Shown here piece after piece: positions 29,696 to 42,389 of a stretch of 64,000 nt of DNA. The DNA comes from Octopus vulgaris (Eukaryota), in contig OX597838.1 of NCBI GenBank assembly GCA_951406725.2, positions 1,674,001-1,738,000 of the forward strand. Direction: 5' to 3'. Below the pieces are notes generated by a model, which ran no database searches, was not told the DNA's origin, and saw nothing but the letters and a program-made list of their open reading frames with translations. Numbering within the stretch: the stretch's first letter is position 1; each line of letters starts with the position of its first letter. The position numbers and the translations under genes were made by a program.

Positions 29696-30737
29696 GTATA
29701 TATATATGTATATATATATGTATATATATATACTTTATATATATATATATACGTTATATATATGCAACGTAAAGCATAATGTAAACTGCACTGCGCACAC
29801 CTCATTCTAATTCTGTGCGTTGAGGTTAGTGATAGATCAATGGGATCGATTAACTTTATTTCGTTTTTGGTGAAGAATTTCAATTCGATAATTCTGAGAT
29901 GTTTTAATAAGAGTTTCTTGGAAGGAAAATTTGGAATGGAACAACAACAGCGATTCCAGCACCAACAACTACAACAACGACATCAAAAGTACATGGGAAA
30001 ACCAAATTTCCATCTCAAATCGAAATTCATTGGCAAAAAAAAAATGTATAAATAAATAACCGTGACATTCCCCACCCTGCCCCGAGGTGGGGGATGTCAC
30101 GTTTTTCTCATTGAAAATTTAAAGAAGGGAAGTAAATGTGTAACTGTAGGCCACCAGGTTTTCAATTTTCACTCGGATATCGTCGAGATTGAATCGGGAT
30201 GTATGAATTTTTCTTCAGTCATTTTACATTTCCAATCTTTTACCTTTCTTCATCACGACTCTTAATTATATTAAATAAATTACTGTATCACGGGCACAAG
30301 TCACTGCATGGGATTGAGCAGTTAGATTTCCAAATATGTAATTCCGGGTTCGAATTGCAGTTGGCGTATGCATTCACCCGTAACTCCGAAGACTTTTGCA
30401 GGAGATCGTTTTTATATCTGTCTTTAATTATTTCAAATCTTCTTCTAAGGAACGCGACCGCTTTCTGACAACGTCATAAAGCGCCATCGCAGGAATTTAG
30501 ACAACGGAAACAAATTCACATTTTAAACTTGAGATAAATCTCGCATAATTTTACTGCCCCGCTGACAGGTTTTATTTGTAACGTGTTGGTTGATTTCTTT
30601 CTCTGGAAACATCAGCTAATGCCGATTGTCACTGAGGCATTTACTTTCAAAATCAAATTCACCATCAAATGGCGGTGCCCCAGCTTGGCCACAGCTCATA
30701 AGCTGAAACTAGAATCAATCAATCAATCAACTATCAT

Positions 30738-30950
30738 TGGCGAGCTAGCAGAATCGTTAGCACGCCGGACAGAATGCTTAGCGGCATTTCGTCCGTCTTT
30801 ACGTTCTGAATTCAAATTCCGCCGAAGTCGACTTCTTTGACGTTCACCCTTTCGGGGTCGATGAAATACGTACCAGCTGAGCACTGAGGTCGATCTAATT
30901 GACTAGCCCCATCCTCCAAATTTTCAGGTTTTGTGCCTATAGTAGAAAAG
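30738..30950 (+). mobile_element. tRNA-derived SINE (Meta-domain-like)
   Basis: tggcgagctagcagaatcgttagcacgccgg...ttcaaattccgccg...ttcggggtcgatgaaata.gtaccag. Confidence 0.85.
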
Positions 30951-31029
30951 TATGAATGTGAATTTATAATCTGGGTATGGAAGCTGAAGAGTTCAAAGCA
31001 GTTGCCAGCAGTTGCTTCCCTTCTTTTTG

Positions 31030-31270
31030 ATTTTTGAAGAGATGTTCGCGCCACCTGGGCACTTGATCTCTAGGACGGTACTTCTTTGTTTCTAGTCTGT
31101 CCTAAAGAACCATATAACTCGTATATCCCTCCTGTTGTTTTTATACTTCACAGATGCTTTAATAAGAATGTCCCACCAATATTCCTTGAGCTATTCAATA
31201 TATTCCTTGTATTCAATAACAGGAGTTTCCCTCTATTTATTCCAGGATAGTGTTTTCTTGATGGCTTCCT
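31030..31270 (-). mobile_element. Highly degenerate REL-type non-LTR fragment
   Basis: The minus strand reads KEYWWDILIKASVKYKNNRRDI, resembling the W(D/N)...NRPD region of R4/Dong endonucleases. Confidence 0.4.
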
Positions 31271-31384
31271 ATGTTCTTTCAGAGAGAACGTAATGTTGTA
31301 AAGGGAGGTAATACCTTAATGAGAGTTTTGCCTGCTATGCAGCTGCTAGTCACGTGTGCGATGTGCTCGATTTATTTGTATGTA

Positions 31385-31428
<44 letters not shown>

Positions 31429-31492
31429 TATAGGCACACACACACACACACACACACAGCCATATATAAATATGGGCGTATATACATATATG

Positions 31493-31545
<53 letters not shown>

Positions 31546-32092
31546 AAACATATATATATCCTCCATATGTCGTTGAGATTTTCAATGGGACAGATCCTAA
31601 TTTTCGAGTTTCTACTAAAGTGCTGCAAAACTATTTTGAATTCTGTCACTTTATATTTCCATTATTAAACACCCTTTTATAAACCAAGTTTTAATACGTA
31701 TCTACATCTTTATATTCTTTGCTTCAAAACTCATTCGCAGCCCCTTTTACCTACAGTCCCTGTATCCTACAGCGCCTATTTCCTGCGACTATCGCCTTCC
31801 TAGCATTTATGAGCAGAAGATAGTAGATACTAAATACGAAGATTAGTCGAACTGCAGCATCGCAAATGCCATTTCTTACCACTCAAATCAGTCTAGTGAG
31901 GACAAGAGTCCGCATTTACATATACAATAATTTTAACAAGCTTTTTGCGCAGTCATTTGTTTTTTTTTTTTTTTTTTTTTTGAGCAAAACTTTAGTAATT
32001 CTTTCCTCGAAGATTTTCTTATCAAGGCGCGACGTGTTCTCTATTACTGCAAAGCAACATGAAGATCTGTTTATGTTTTACTCGATATAAAT

Positions 32093-32128
<36 letters not shown>

Positions 32129-32362
32129 CATACACACAAAGAAACACACACACACACACACAAAGAAACACACATACATGCAAACACACACACACACGTA
32201 CACAGACATAAACACATAAAAACCACTCACACGCATACACACACACACATACATACTCATCATACTCACGCGAGAGCGCACGGGCGATATGTATATCGAT
32301 ATAATTATATATATGGATATATATATATATATGTGTGTGTGTATACATATATATATATGTAC

Positions 32363-32396
<34 letters not shown>

Positions 32397-32465
32397 TCAT
32401 ACGTATTTATATATATACATGTATAGATATATATATTTATATATGTATATATATATATGTGTGTG

Positions 32466-32537
<72 letters not shown>

Positions 32538-33383
32538 CACGCACACATTCGAACCATAAATATACGTATATATAATGTAGATTTGAACCATCATCCAACC
32601 AATCAAAGACGATCTCCTCAGCGTGTTGCTGTGTCGTGGTGGAGGATTCTACCATGTCTTGACTATTAGTTTCTTATCAGGAAATTAGATGTCTATTTTG
32701 GGGAAAATAAAGAATATATATATATACATACACACACACATATATATATACTCATAGATATAGTTACCCATATACATACATTTACATATATAGTTCAACA
32801 TAACTGTTTTTAATAGCTACAAGATGCACATATATACACACATATATACACACATATATACACACATATATGAGCAGTAAAAGATAAGCGTTTCTTATTA
32901 CATAATACATACATGTATAACATTTATACGTGCATACGTACCTACGTATGCATGTATATATATATACGTATATATATGTGTATATATATATATATATGTA
33001 TATTTATGTATACATGTATGTATATTATATAATTATACATACATACATACATACATACATACATACATACACCCCCCCCCCCCCATATATATATATATAT
33101 ATATACGTACACGATGCGCAAATGAAAATGAACTGACTGAAGCCAGCTATCATCTTGCAAACGCGATGAAATGTCACTAAAACTAAATGGAAAGCACGTC
33201 CATGTCTATCGCTGCACATTAAACACTGATAAGTCGTTCACGATCCAACCTGATTATTATTGCTTTCTTCAGCGGCTGCCATCACTCGCTTATATTTCCT
33301 TGCCATTTATTTCGAGCGAATAGTTTTGTTGCAGGCAACCAACCAGAAGTTTCTGGCCACGCACACCACGCGCTACATACATG

Positions 33384-33448
<65 letters not shown>

Positions 33449-33514
33449 TCACTCACACACATGCGAAGATGTACATACGCATGCATGATTGTGTATGCGT
33501 GTGTGTCTTTATGG

Positions 33515-33559
<45 letters not shown>

Positions 33560-33999
33560 ATGTATGATGTATGATGTATGTATGTATGGTTATATAACAC
33601 ATTTCTAAAGAATCAGAATGAAAATAATTCTTTCTTAAAGATCAATTATTGCCTCCTGTTTAAGGGTATCAGTGACATGGGTGTATACACTTATTTCCAT
33701 TCTCAATCTGTCTGAATATCTATTTATCTGTCTGTCTCTCTGTCTGTCTGCCTTTTTTTTTTATCTCCCAATCAATCAGTCAGTCAGTCAATCAATCAGT
33801 CAATCACGCACACGCACGCACACACCCACACGCACATATATACATATATGTATATAAATATTTAAGTGTTTAGAATTATTTTCGTCTTTTACATAAATTT
33901 GTATGTTTCCGCTTTCGTCTGCACATTTAAAACTTGTTAATGTTATTGTTTTGTTGTTAAATATGTCTGTGTGTCCTCTGTTTAGTGTTTTGAAGCCAG

Positions 34000-34080
34000 T
34001 CTATCAAAAAATCCTGGTTTCTCTTCCTCCGTCGTCGACCTATGGCCGTTGGTCGAGCCGAGCGGCGAACACGTTCTGAC
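34000..34080 (+). CDS. Candidate alternative cassette exon of the CNG gene between pore and S6 (LSKNPGFSSSVVDLWPLVEPSGEHVL)
   Basis: Strong donor AC|gtaagt at 34081. The cag acceptor at 33997-33999 gives an 81-nt phase 2/2 stop-free exon; the upstream tttag acceptor (33985) gives 95 nt with an in-phase stop. It is a non-repetitive CpG-containing island. No homology support. Confidence 0.35.
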
Positions 34081-35365
34081 GTAAGTGTCGGCTTCCAGTT
34101 TCGATTCGATAACAAAGCTTCGGACAAGTTCTACTCTGAGCTCGAATTCATTCAACTGTAGCCTCGTCTTCTCTTCCTCGTCCCCACCCCACCCCTATGA
34201 ATATCTGCGTTTATCTAAACATAATCATCATCCTCATCATCATCACCATCATCGCTGCCACGATCACCACCATCGTCTTCACCCCCACCCGACAGCCTCC
34301 ATCATAATCATCATAATCATCATCATCATCTTCAACATCATCCATTCATTTATATCTATTAACACTGTTGATGTTCATTTAATCTGACCGAGAGTAAAAC
34401 GTCTGACTCAATACCTGGTGGTATTTAGTTCCGTCCATTTCTCTTCTGTATTCAGATATTGCCAGCATCGATTTTTAGCGCTTATCCTTCCAGCGTGCAC
34501 TTGGATCGATTTAATCGAAATAAAAAAAAAGAAAGGAAAATCGAAGCTGCAACGATCTTCTTACTGGAAACTGAACGCGTCGTTCGCGGCACGGAAGTGT
34601 TAGCAGGAAGAAAATGGCAAAGTTGTTTAGTGACGAACACAACGGAAGTTATATAAAATAATGGGTGGAGGTGATGAAGAGAGTGTTGCAGGTGAAGGTA
34701 CTGTCTGCTGATATTAATTGAGAAGGTGGTGGTAGCGGAAGTTGGTAAAGATGGTAGCATCGATAGAGGTGTGACTGTCTGGTTAAAAAGATTGCTTTCC
34801 AATTACGCAGTTGTGTGTTCGATTTTACTGAAGGATACCACAGATCGATCAAAGCTGTGAGAGTGAAAGTTGATCAACAGAATGTGTGGAATTCTACGGA
34901 ACGGTTCGTTCTTTGTTTTGGAGAGAAGACTTTTCCCAGCACCCGTTTTAATACCCGGGTTAACACCCCTAGTTTTGGTGTATTCGTGTCAGGTCTTCTC
35001 CCTTCGTCCCCATTCAACTCCATGACCCAGGAAAATATAACGCGGCAGTTACCCTTCCTTCACCGACTAAGTGACACAAAACATTAAGGCCTCTGTTGTT
35101 GGCTGTACCTCGCCCATGTCAAGGGCCTTCTTTTAAGTAATTTCGAAGGGCGTCGCGTTGAGGTGGAAAGGTGTGGTGACGGAGACAAAATGTCTTGGGA
35201 AAAGTACCCAGACACGCTACCGTAGGTAATGGCTATTGGGATGCTTTGGTCACGGAATTGATAAAACATACTCAATGGAGTTAGTGAGAAAGGTTTATGG
35301 AACACAGCAGGATGAGGAATAAAGGAGAGGAAGTCTGTCATGAAGAGGTCAATGGCCAACCCTTA

Positions 35366-35761
35366 CAAGGCGGCGAGCTGGCAGAATCGTTAGCACGCCA
35401 GACGAAATGCTTAGCAGTATTTCGTCTGCGGCTACGTTCTGACTTCAAATTCCGCCGAGGTCGACTTTGCCTTTCATCCTTTCGGGGTCGATGAAATAAG
35501 CACCAGTTACGCACTGGGTCGATATAATCGACTTAATCCGTTTGTCTGTCCTTGTTTGTTCCCTGTGTTTAGCTCCTTGTGGGCAGTAAAGAAATAGGTA
35601 TTTCGTCTGCCGTTACGTTCTGACTTCAAATTCCCTCGAGGTGAACTTTGCCTTTCATCCTTTCGAGGTCGATATATAAAGTACCAGTTGCGTACTAGGG
35701 GTCGATCTAATCGACTGTCCCCTCCCCCCAAATTTCGGGCCTTGTGCCTCGAATAGAAAAG
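35366..35761 (+). mobile_element. Partially dimeric tRNA-derived SINE with 15-bp target-site duplication
   Basis: Full head plus internally repeated body. aatggccaaccctta occurs at both 35351-35365 and 35762-35776. Confidence 0.92.
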
Positions 35762-36797
35762 AATGGCCAACCCTTAGATAAAAGAGAGAGATAGGGAGCA
35801 GCTGGTCATCTGGTGAGTAACACAACATGATGACGTCACTGTTTGGCTGATGAAGATGAAGGCACTCACCAGTCTCTTGTATTCTTACGAGATAGAGTTG
35901 CATTGATTGATTTAATGAAAAATATCTAATGAATTAATTAGTAAATAAATGAATAAATTTTGTGGTGTGGAGACGAAATAGACAACTCTATTGCTAACAG
36001 TATTTTAATATGAGCTTGGCAAGTACGCATGTTTCGGCTTTATTAACTCTCCTCAGTCGAACATAAACTTTTACATATCTGACTGAATAATAATTAAAGA
36101 ATACGCAGATATTTGCACCAGCATCCTTGTCGATGCTAAGGGATATATCACAGAGATGTCATCTCCACGGAAAAGAAGGATTAAAGCTACATTTCCCTGA
36201 TGAGAGCAAATAAGACAGAAATATAACAGGTGTTATCGCCCGAATCTGCCAGGATCGGATTGAAGAGTATTAGTCAGAAATACAATGTGTAATTCTCACA
36301 ATTTCCTAAGTCTTCTTCCAACTTTTAGGAGAAAACACTATCATAAGATGGAAATTTAGCTGCTTTTACTAGCAGGTCATGTCTTACTTAGGTTATTTGC
36401 TAGAATCGGCAAGGGTCTGGCAATATTATTTTCTCCTATCTCTTTATATAAAGAGATAGAGGCCATTGTATACAGCTGGACAATGTGAAGTAAAATCTTT
36501 AGAATCTATGTGAAGACTCCTTTGCATTACTTAAGTGTGGGGAACGCTAAACTCCAGTAAATATTATGAGGAATGTTGAAAGAAACTAGCGCAGAGATGG
36601 TCGACTCGACTCCGTTCTCTCTTGCAGTCTGCTGCCAGAGTTTGTCACAAATTTTCTGTTTGCAACAAAACAGCTTTACTTTCTTCACCTCAACAAACTA
36701 TTCTCTTTCGTGGAAAATATTTTTATCATACATTTCACATTTACGTATATATGTGGGTATGAATATGTGCGTATATACATACATACATATGTATATG

Positions 36798-36848
<51 letters not shown>

Positions 36849-37007
36849 GTACATATATCCTTTAAGTACGTTTGCAGTAAACGTTTCTGAGTACGTATGT
36901 ATATAAAAGCTCCTGTTTTATTGTCCGTTACTGCCCAGTGATTCCAAACTTCAACAATGATTTTATGGGATCGCACCCAGCTGAACCGATATAGGGTAGG
37001 ATACATT

Positions 37008-37068
<61 letters not shown>

Positions 37069-37080
37069 TGTTGTTGTAGA

Positions 37081-37156
<76 letters not shown>

Positions 37157-37256
37157 TCTATGAATGGAATTATAAATATTTGTGTGGAAACGTGCGTAAC
37201 GATGCATTAAAATATTTCTAAATTCCATCCATGCATAATTATTATTATTATCATTA

Positions 37257-37297
<41 letters not shown>

Positions 37298-37523
37298 CAT
37301 TTTGAAGTAGGAAAAACGAAGCTACAAATGTACAGCGTTGTACTAAAAGTCTATTGTGATAAGCTGTAGTTAAAAGCGAACCACAGACGCACGCACTCAC
37401 ACACACACACGCACTCACACACGCACTCACACACACACACACTCACACACGCACTCACACACACACACACACACACACATTCTGTGATTGTCTCTAATCT
37501 CTCTCCCTTTTCTCTATTTGCAG

Positions 37524-37582
37524 ATATGTGTTCGTTATTGTCAGTTACCTGATAGGTGTTTTTATATTTGCCACTATCGTAG
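37524..37582 (+). CDS. Cngl: CNG-like channel exon: S6 transmembrane helix (YVFVIVSYLIGVFIFATIV-G)
   Basis: Acceptor tttgcag after a pyrimidine tract, donor G|gtaag. 59 nt, phase 2 in / phase 1 out. Translation matches the CNG S6 signature (LIGVFIFATIVG) and joins in frame to the next exon. Confidence 0.95.
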
Positions 37583-37683
37583 GTAAGATCATCTTTTGTC
37601 GTTGTTGTTGTTATTATTGTTGTTCTTCTTTTACTTCTTCTTTTTCTTCTTTTTCTCCTGCCTCTTCTTTTTCTTCTTCTCCG

Positions 37684-37739
<56 letters not shown>

Positions 37740-38599
37740 TTCTTCAATACTCAGTATGCATGTAAAATGGTGGTTTTCCTTGTTTTTATTCTTGTTAACT
37801 GTCAAGTTTTAATCAGAAATTTTTTAACAGAAACTACCTTGACGTGCGAACATTCCAGATGGTATTCTAGTTTCTCTGGCACTGAACATAACGCACCGAC
37901 AATACCTGCTAAAACTTTCTCATGGAATGGATGCTGTTCGGCATCCGCACATTTTTGACATTTCTCGTTATTTTAAATGAGCTTCTTTCGAGATCTTTCC
38001 TACGAAATGTCTCTACTGATTTTTTTTTCTTTGTCTTAAGGAATTACAACATCTAATAAGAGACATTCTCTAGTTTTACGACATATGTAATAATATTTGG
38101 CCTACGGTATTCAGTTAGTCAATGGTCCCGGATGTTTACATCCCATAATATATTTGGTGCGCCAGGTGTATTTAAAGCAGTGATTCTCAACCGGAATCCA
38201 TAAGGCCCTTATTGGGGTCCACATAAGATATTGTTATTAAAATTTATGCGCTGATAAGACACGAAAATAGCGAAACATCGATGTCCATCGCTCCTGAATG
38301 GGATTTGGGGTGAGTTGTCTCGCTTGTCTATGACTCTCAGGTGTTTTGATATAAGGCGCTTTCAGTGTCATCTCCAATGTGTCAATTAGCAGCATACGGG
38401 TGAGTAACATTTTCCTGTGTATTGTGTGTTCGATAATATACACACACATACACACAGACACAGGTATACATACTCACACACACACATATACTGTATAGAA
38501 GGGGTTATAATTGTTCCTTCTATGATTCACCTAAAGTTTTTCTCTTCCTCTATCTATCTACCTCTTTGTATTTCTTTTCTCTCTCTCTCTCTCTCTCTG

Positions 38600-38639
<40 letters not shown>

Positions 38640-38920
38640 TTGCATTATCTTTTCTTCCTCTCCATCCTTTCCCCTCTTCTATCCCTCTATACTCCAGATA
38701 TATTCTACAAACTCTGAGCAATTCCATTCAATTAAAAACCTGTTATTTTTTAATCTTTCTTTGAGGAGTAACAGTTTAGGAGATTATCTACATGTTCTCT
38801 ACACGCATAAAATGCCTCTTTTTACATGTATTTACATTCTTCTTCTTCTTTTTCTTCTTCTTCTTCTTCTTCTTCTTCTTCTTCTTCTTCTTCTTCTCCC
38901 TCCTCCTCCCCCTCTCTGTC

Positions 38921-38956
<36 letters not shown>

Positions 38957-40025
38957 ACACACACATCACACTTAATCTTGAGCAGTTACCAACAAATTAT
39001 CTCTTTAAATCTCTCCTCCAGAAACCACTCCCACGAACAGCCATCATTCTTCGCACTCGTAGAGTCTCTCTGGAACTATCCGTGTAACCGCATTACTTTT
39101 AGCTTTTCATTCTTTCACAAGTAATCCTGCTTTCGTATGATTTCTTATCTTCAAGTTGGACACAAGCGCCAGGTTTAAAGTAATCGACTTACCCTCACCC
39201 GAAAATTGCTGGCGTCGTGCCAGAATTTTAAACGAATACCTAGACAATAATCTGCTTCTTCGTTCGCCTCTTATACTTTAGTTAGTTAGAGAGGTGGAGG
39301 TGGAGTAAGTGTGGGTGAGAGAGAAAGAGAGGTGAGGAGGGAAGGGTGAAAAAAAGAGGAGAAGAAGAATTAAAGAAAAGTGATTAATATTAATACACTT
39401 AGGCGAAATGTGTCACGTGGTCAGCTAAATGTAGAGGCGAAGAACGAGAGAAAAATTGGGAGAGAGAGAAGAGTTAGCGACGTACGGTGGGGTGGGGGAG
39501 AGAATACTTGTTACGTGGTTAAAAAGTTAGGAGAAGGGAAAGGTGAAGAGAAAAAGATATGTTTAGGATACACTATTTAGTAGAGAGTGATGTTCTGGTG
39601 GTGAGGTTAAAGAAAGGTAGGTAGAGAGAGATGGACTGGGGAGGCAGTTATAGCAACCATCACATAACGCATGCGCGTAAGTGCAATTATTTATCGTCTA
39701 CTCGCTTTAAAAATTGATATTTGCTTGTAAGGGTTAATTTGGCCTAAACTATGGGTTCACAAGGGGCACGGCTGCAAGTTGCCCGAGAAAAGATCCGCTT
39801 ATATGGAGCACGGATCAGAGAGGAACAACGAGAAGATATCAGGGAAAGAGAAAAAGAGACACAACACCACTGGAGACGTAGCGAAACGAACGTCAAGAAT
39901 ATTCAACGAAAGCGAAACTATAGATTCTTTAAAAATGGAAATCATCCTTTCTTTCTTAAATAGGTTCTCTTAATTTTTTCATTCCATGGAATTTCCACGG
40001 GTCTCATTCGTTATTATTGTTAAGA

Positions 40026-40420
40026 TGGCGAGCTGGCAAGAACGTTAGCACGCCGGGTAAAATGCTTAGTGGTATTTCGTCTGCTGCTACGTTCTGAGTT
40101 CAAATTCCGCCGAGGTCTATTTTACATTTCATCCTTTCGGGGTCGATTAAATAAGTAACAGTTACGCACTGGGGTCAATATAATCGACTTAATCCCTTTG
40201 TCTGACCTTGTTTGTCCCCTCTGTTTTTAGTCCCTTGTGGGCAGTAAAGAAATAGGTATTTCGCCCGTCACTACGTTCCGAGTTCAAATTTCGCCGAGGT
40301 TGACTTTTCCTTTCATCCTTTCAGGATCGATAATTAAGTATCAGTCAAGTACTGCGGTCGATGTGATAAACTATCCCCCTCCCCTCAAATTCTAGGTCTT
40401 GTGCCTATAGTAGAAAAGAC
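40026..40420 (+). mobile_element. Partially dimeric tRNA-derived SINE (same structure as 35366)
   Basis: Colinear similarity with 35366-35761, including the second body unit. Confidence 0.9.
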
Positions 40421-40687
40421 TATTATTATTGTTGTTGTTGTTGCTGATGTTGTTGTTATTGTGTTGTCGTTGACATTGTTATTAATGTTTCTGTGCTGTC
40501 GTAGTGTCTGTATATATATATATATATATAATACATAAAACTGCAATAAATACTAATGCAATATTGAGTGACTAAACAGTAACTAATTAACCATGTCAAA
40601 ACAGATTTCTGATGGAGAAGAATATCGAAACTAAGACAGGAGAGAAACCTCACACACACTCTCTCTCTCTCCCTGTCAGTCTGTTTG

Positions 40688-40727
<40 letters not shown>

Positions 40728-41504
40728 TGCCCAGGTTTTCCTGGACGAAATGATAATTTATTCGGTCGTTTATGAAGCTGGGAACGAGGACCGTTGGTCA
40801 CTTGTCTTTTGAGCTGATAAAAAGTAAACAAGAGACGCTGGTAAAGATGGAGAAAAGAAGTAAAACAGAAGGAAGATAACAAACGTTCCCAGAATTCCAT
40901 GTCAAGTAGACGTACACCAGACGTTAATGGTTTACTAAGTGTCCGGTGGTCGGCTTTTAAATTCTGACATGATGTATTTCTTGAAATGCACAGACCAAAG
41001 CCTAGTGAGTTGATTTGGTAGACAGAAACTGACCGTGGTTTACCTGGAGTTAAAGAGGAGGAACAGCATTGACACCGACTCTTGCTACCAAAAGTCATCT
41101 GTTTTGTGTCTGTGAAAACCTAATTAATTAAGTTCAGTCGTAAATTGTCGGAACTATCTTCTGCAGAGAGTCGCTGTCTGTCAGTGGTTTTATGCGCCGC
41201 TGAGAGTAACACCTGTTCCGTGCATTGTCTTCATCGTCACCACATTTGTCATCATGATCATCAACAATAGAAAGAGCAATGCCAATGACAGAAACAACAG
41301 AAGATGAAGCAGCGACGCCGGCGACAACAACGACAACAACAGCAGCAGCAGTAGCGACAAGAACAACAACAAACTTGCAATCTTATTTTATTCTCTGTCA
41401 TCAAACCACCATCATGCTATTTCACTTAAGATTCGTTGCCAGGAAACTGCATTTCTACAAACATACATGCGTACACACATACATACATTTGTCCTGTATG
41501 TATG

Positions 41505-41559
<55 letters not shown>

Positions 41560-41767
41560 AAATGGAAAGATGAATTATCTTGTTACGGATTATTCAAAAG
41601 TTTAACCGATACCTGGGTAGCAAAAATCACAGCAGAAAAAACACGGTTGGAGATAAGACCATATGGTGTTGCAACCGTGCGTTGGTGCGGATAATTGAAG
41701 TTTAATATAATTAGTGAATGGAAGAAATGGAGTTGAACGAAGATTGTACAGAATTCCTTTTATTACA

Positions 41768-41847
41768 TTCTACACATGTTTCAAAGGCCACAATTTTCCA
41801 AATTCTGATTAAATAAGGATACCATATTGCAGCTTTCTCTTCAGGAA
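41768..41847 (-). ncRNA. Minimal type I hammerhead ribozyme in PLE 3' region
   Basis: Minus strand UUC-CUGAAGA-[GAAAGCUGCAAU ...31 nt... AUUGUGGCCUUU]-GAAAC-AUGU-GUA-GAA, with palindromic ACAUGU in stem III and a GUA triplet. Confidence 0.75.
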
Positions 41848-42283
41848 AAACCAGGAATTACGTTGTCAGAACAAAACAAAACAGAGGCGCAGCAAAGCAA
41901 TTCGAACGAGGACGCTCCTTAAGAGCCCATGGGTAAACTGTTTATCAATGTACGTTGAAATCGGGGGGTTGGTGGGGGCCGACAAAAGGTCCGTTGGAAT
42001 AAATCCAGGTCAGGCCGCGGTCAAATCTAGTAGGTGAGGAATTAATGAGAACAAGGGGTGTGGAGATGTTCTGTGTGACCAAAACTAATGTTCTGAATAT
42101 TTTAAGAATAGAGGGTGTATTTTTTAGGTGCGAGACAAAACCTACCTAAAAGCATGTATGTGTATACTAGCCTATGTGTGCGCCGCCGTATGTTGGCGAG
42201 GGCCGCTAGATAATGAGCACTGCTGAAAAAAGCCTGTCAGACGGCTGAAAAAATTCTGTGTTCGTGTGTTCGTCTGTGGCCTG

Positions 42284-42389
42284 CTTGCCTAAAAATTATC
42301 ATCGTCAAAGAAACAGGAGGGTATATAATTCCAGCGTTTGCTTCTAAAAAACCCTCCTGTTTCTTTGACGATGATAATTTTTAGGCAAG
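42284..42389. repeat. Perfect 39-bp inverted repeat with 28-nt spacer inside the PLE
   Basis: cttgcctaaaaattatcatcgtcaaagaaacaggagggt / accctcctgtttctttgacgatgataatttttaggcaag. Confidence 0.97.

Noticed and set aside
30738-30830. A-box/B-box-like tRNA signals in SINE heads
   Set aside because: No cloverleaf; these are SINE Pol III promoters, not tRNA genes.
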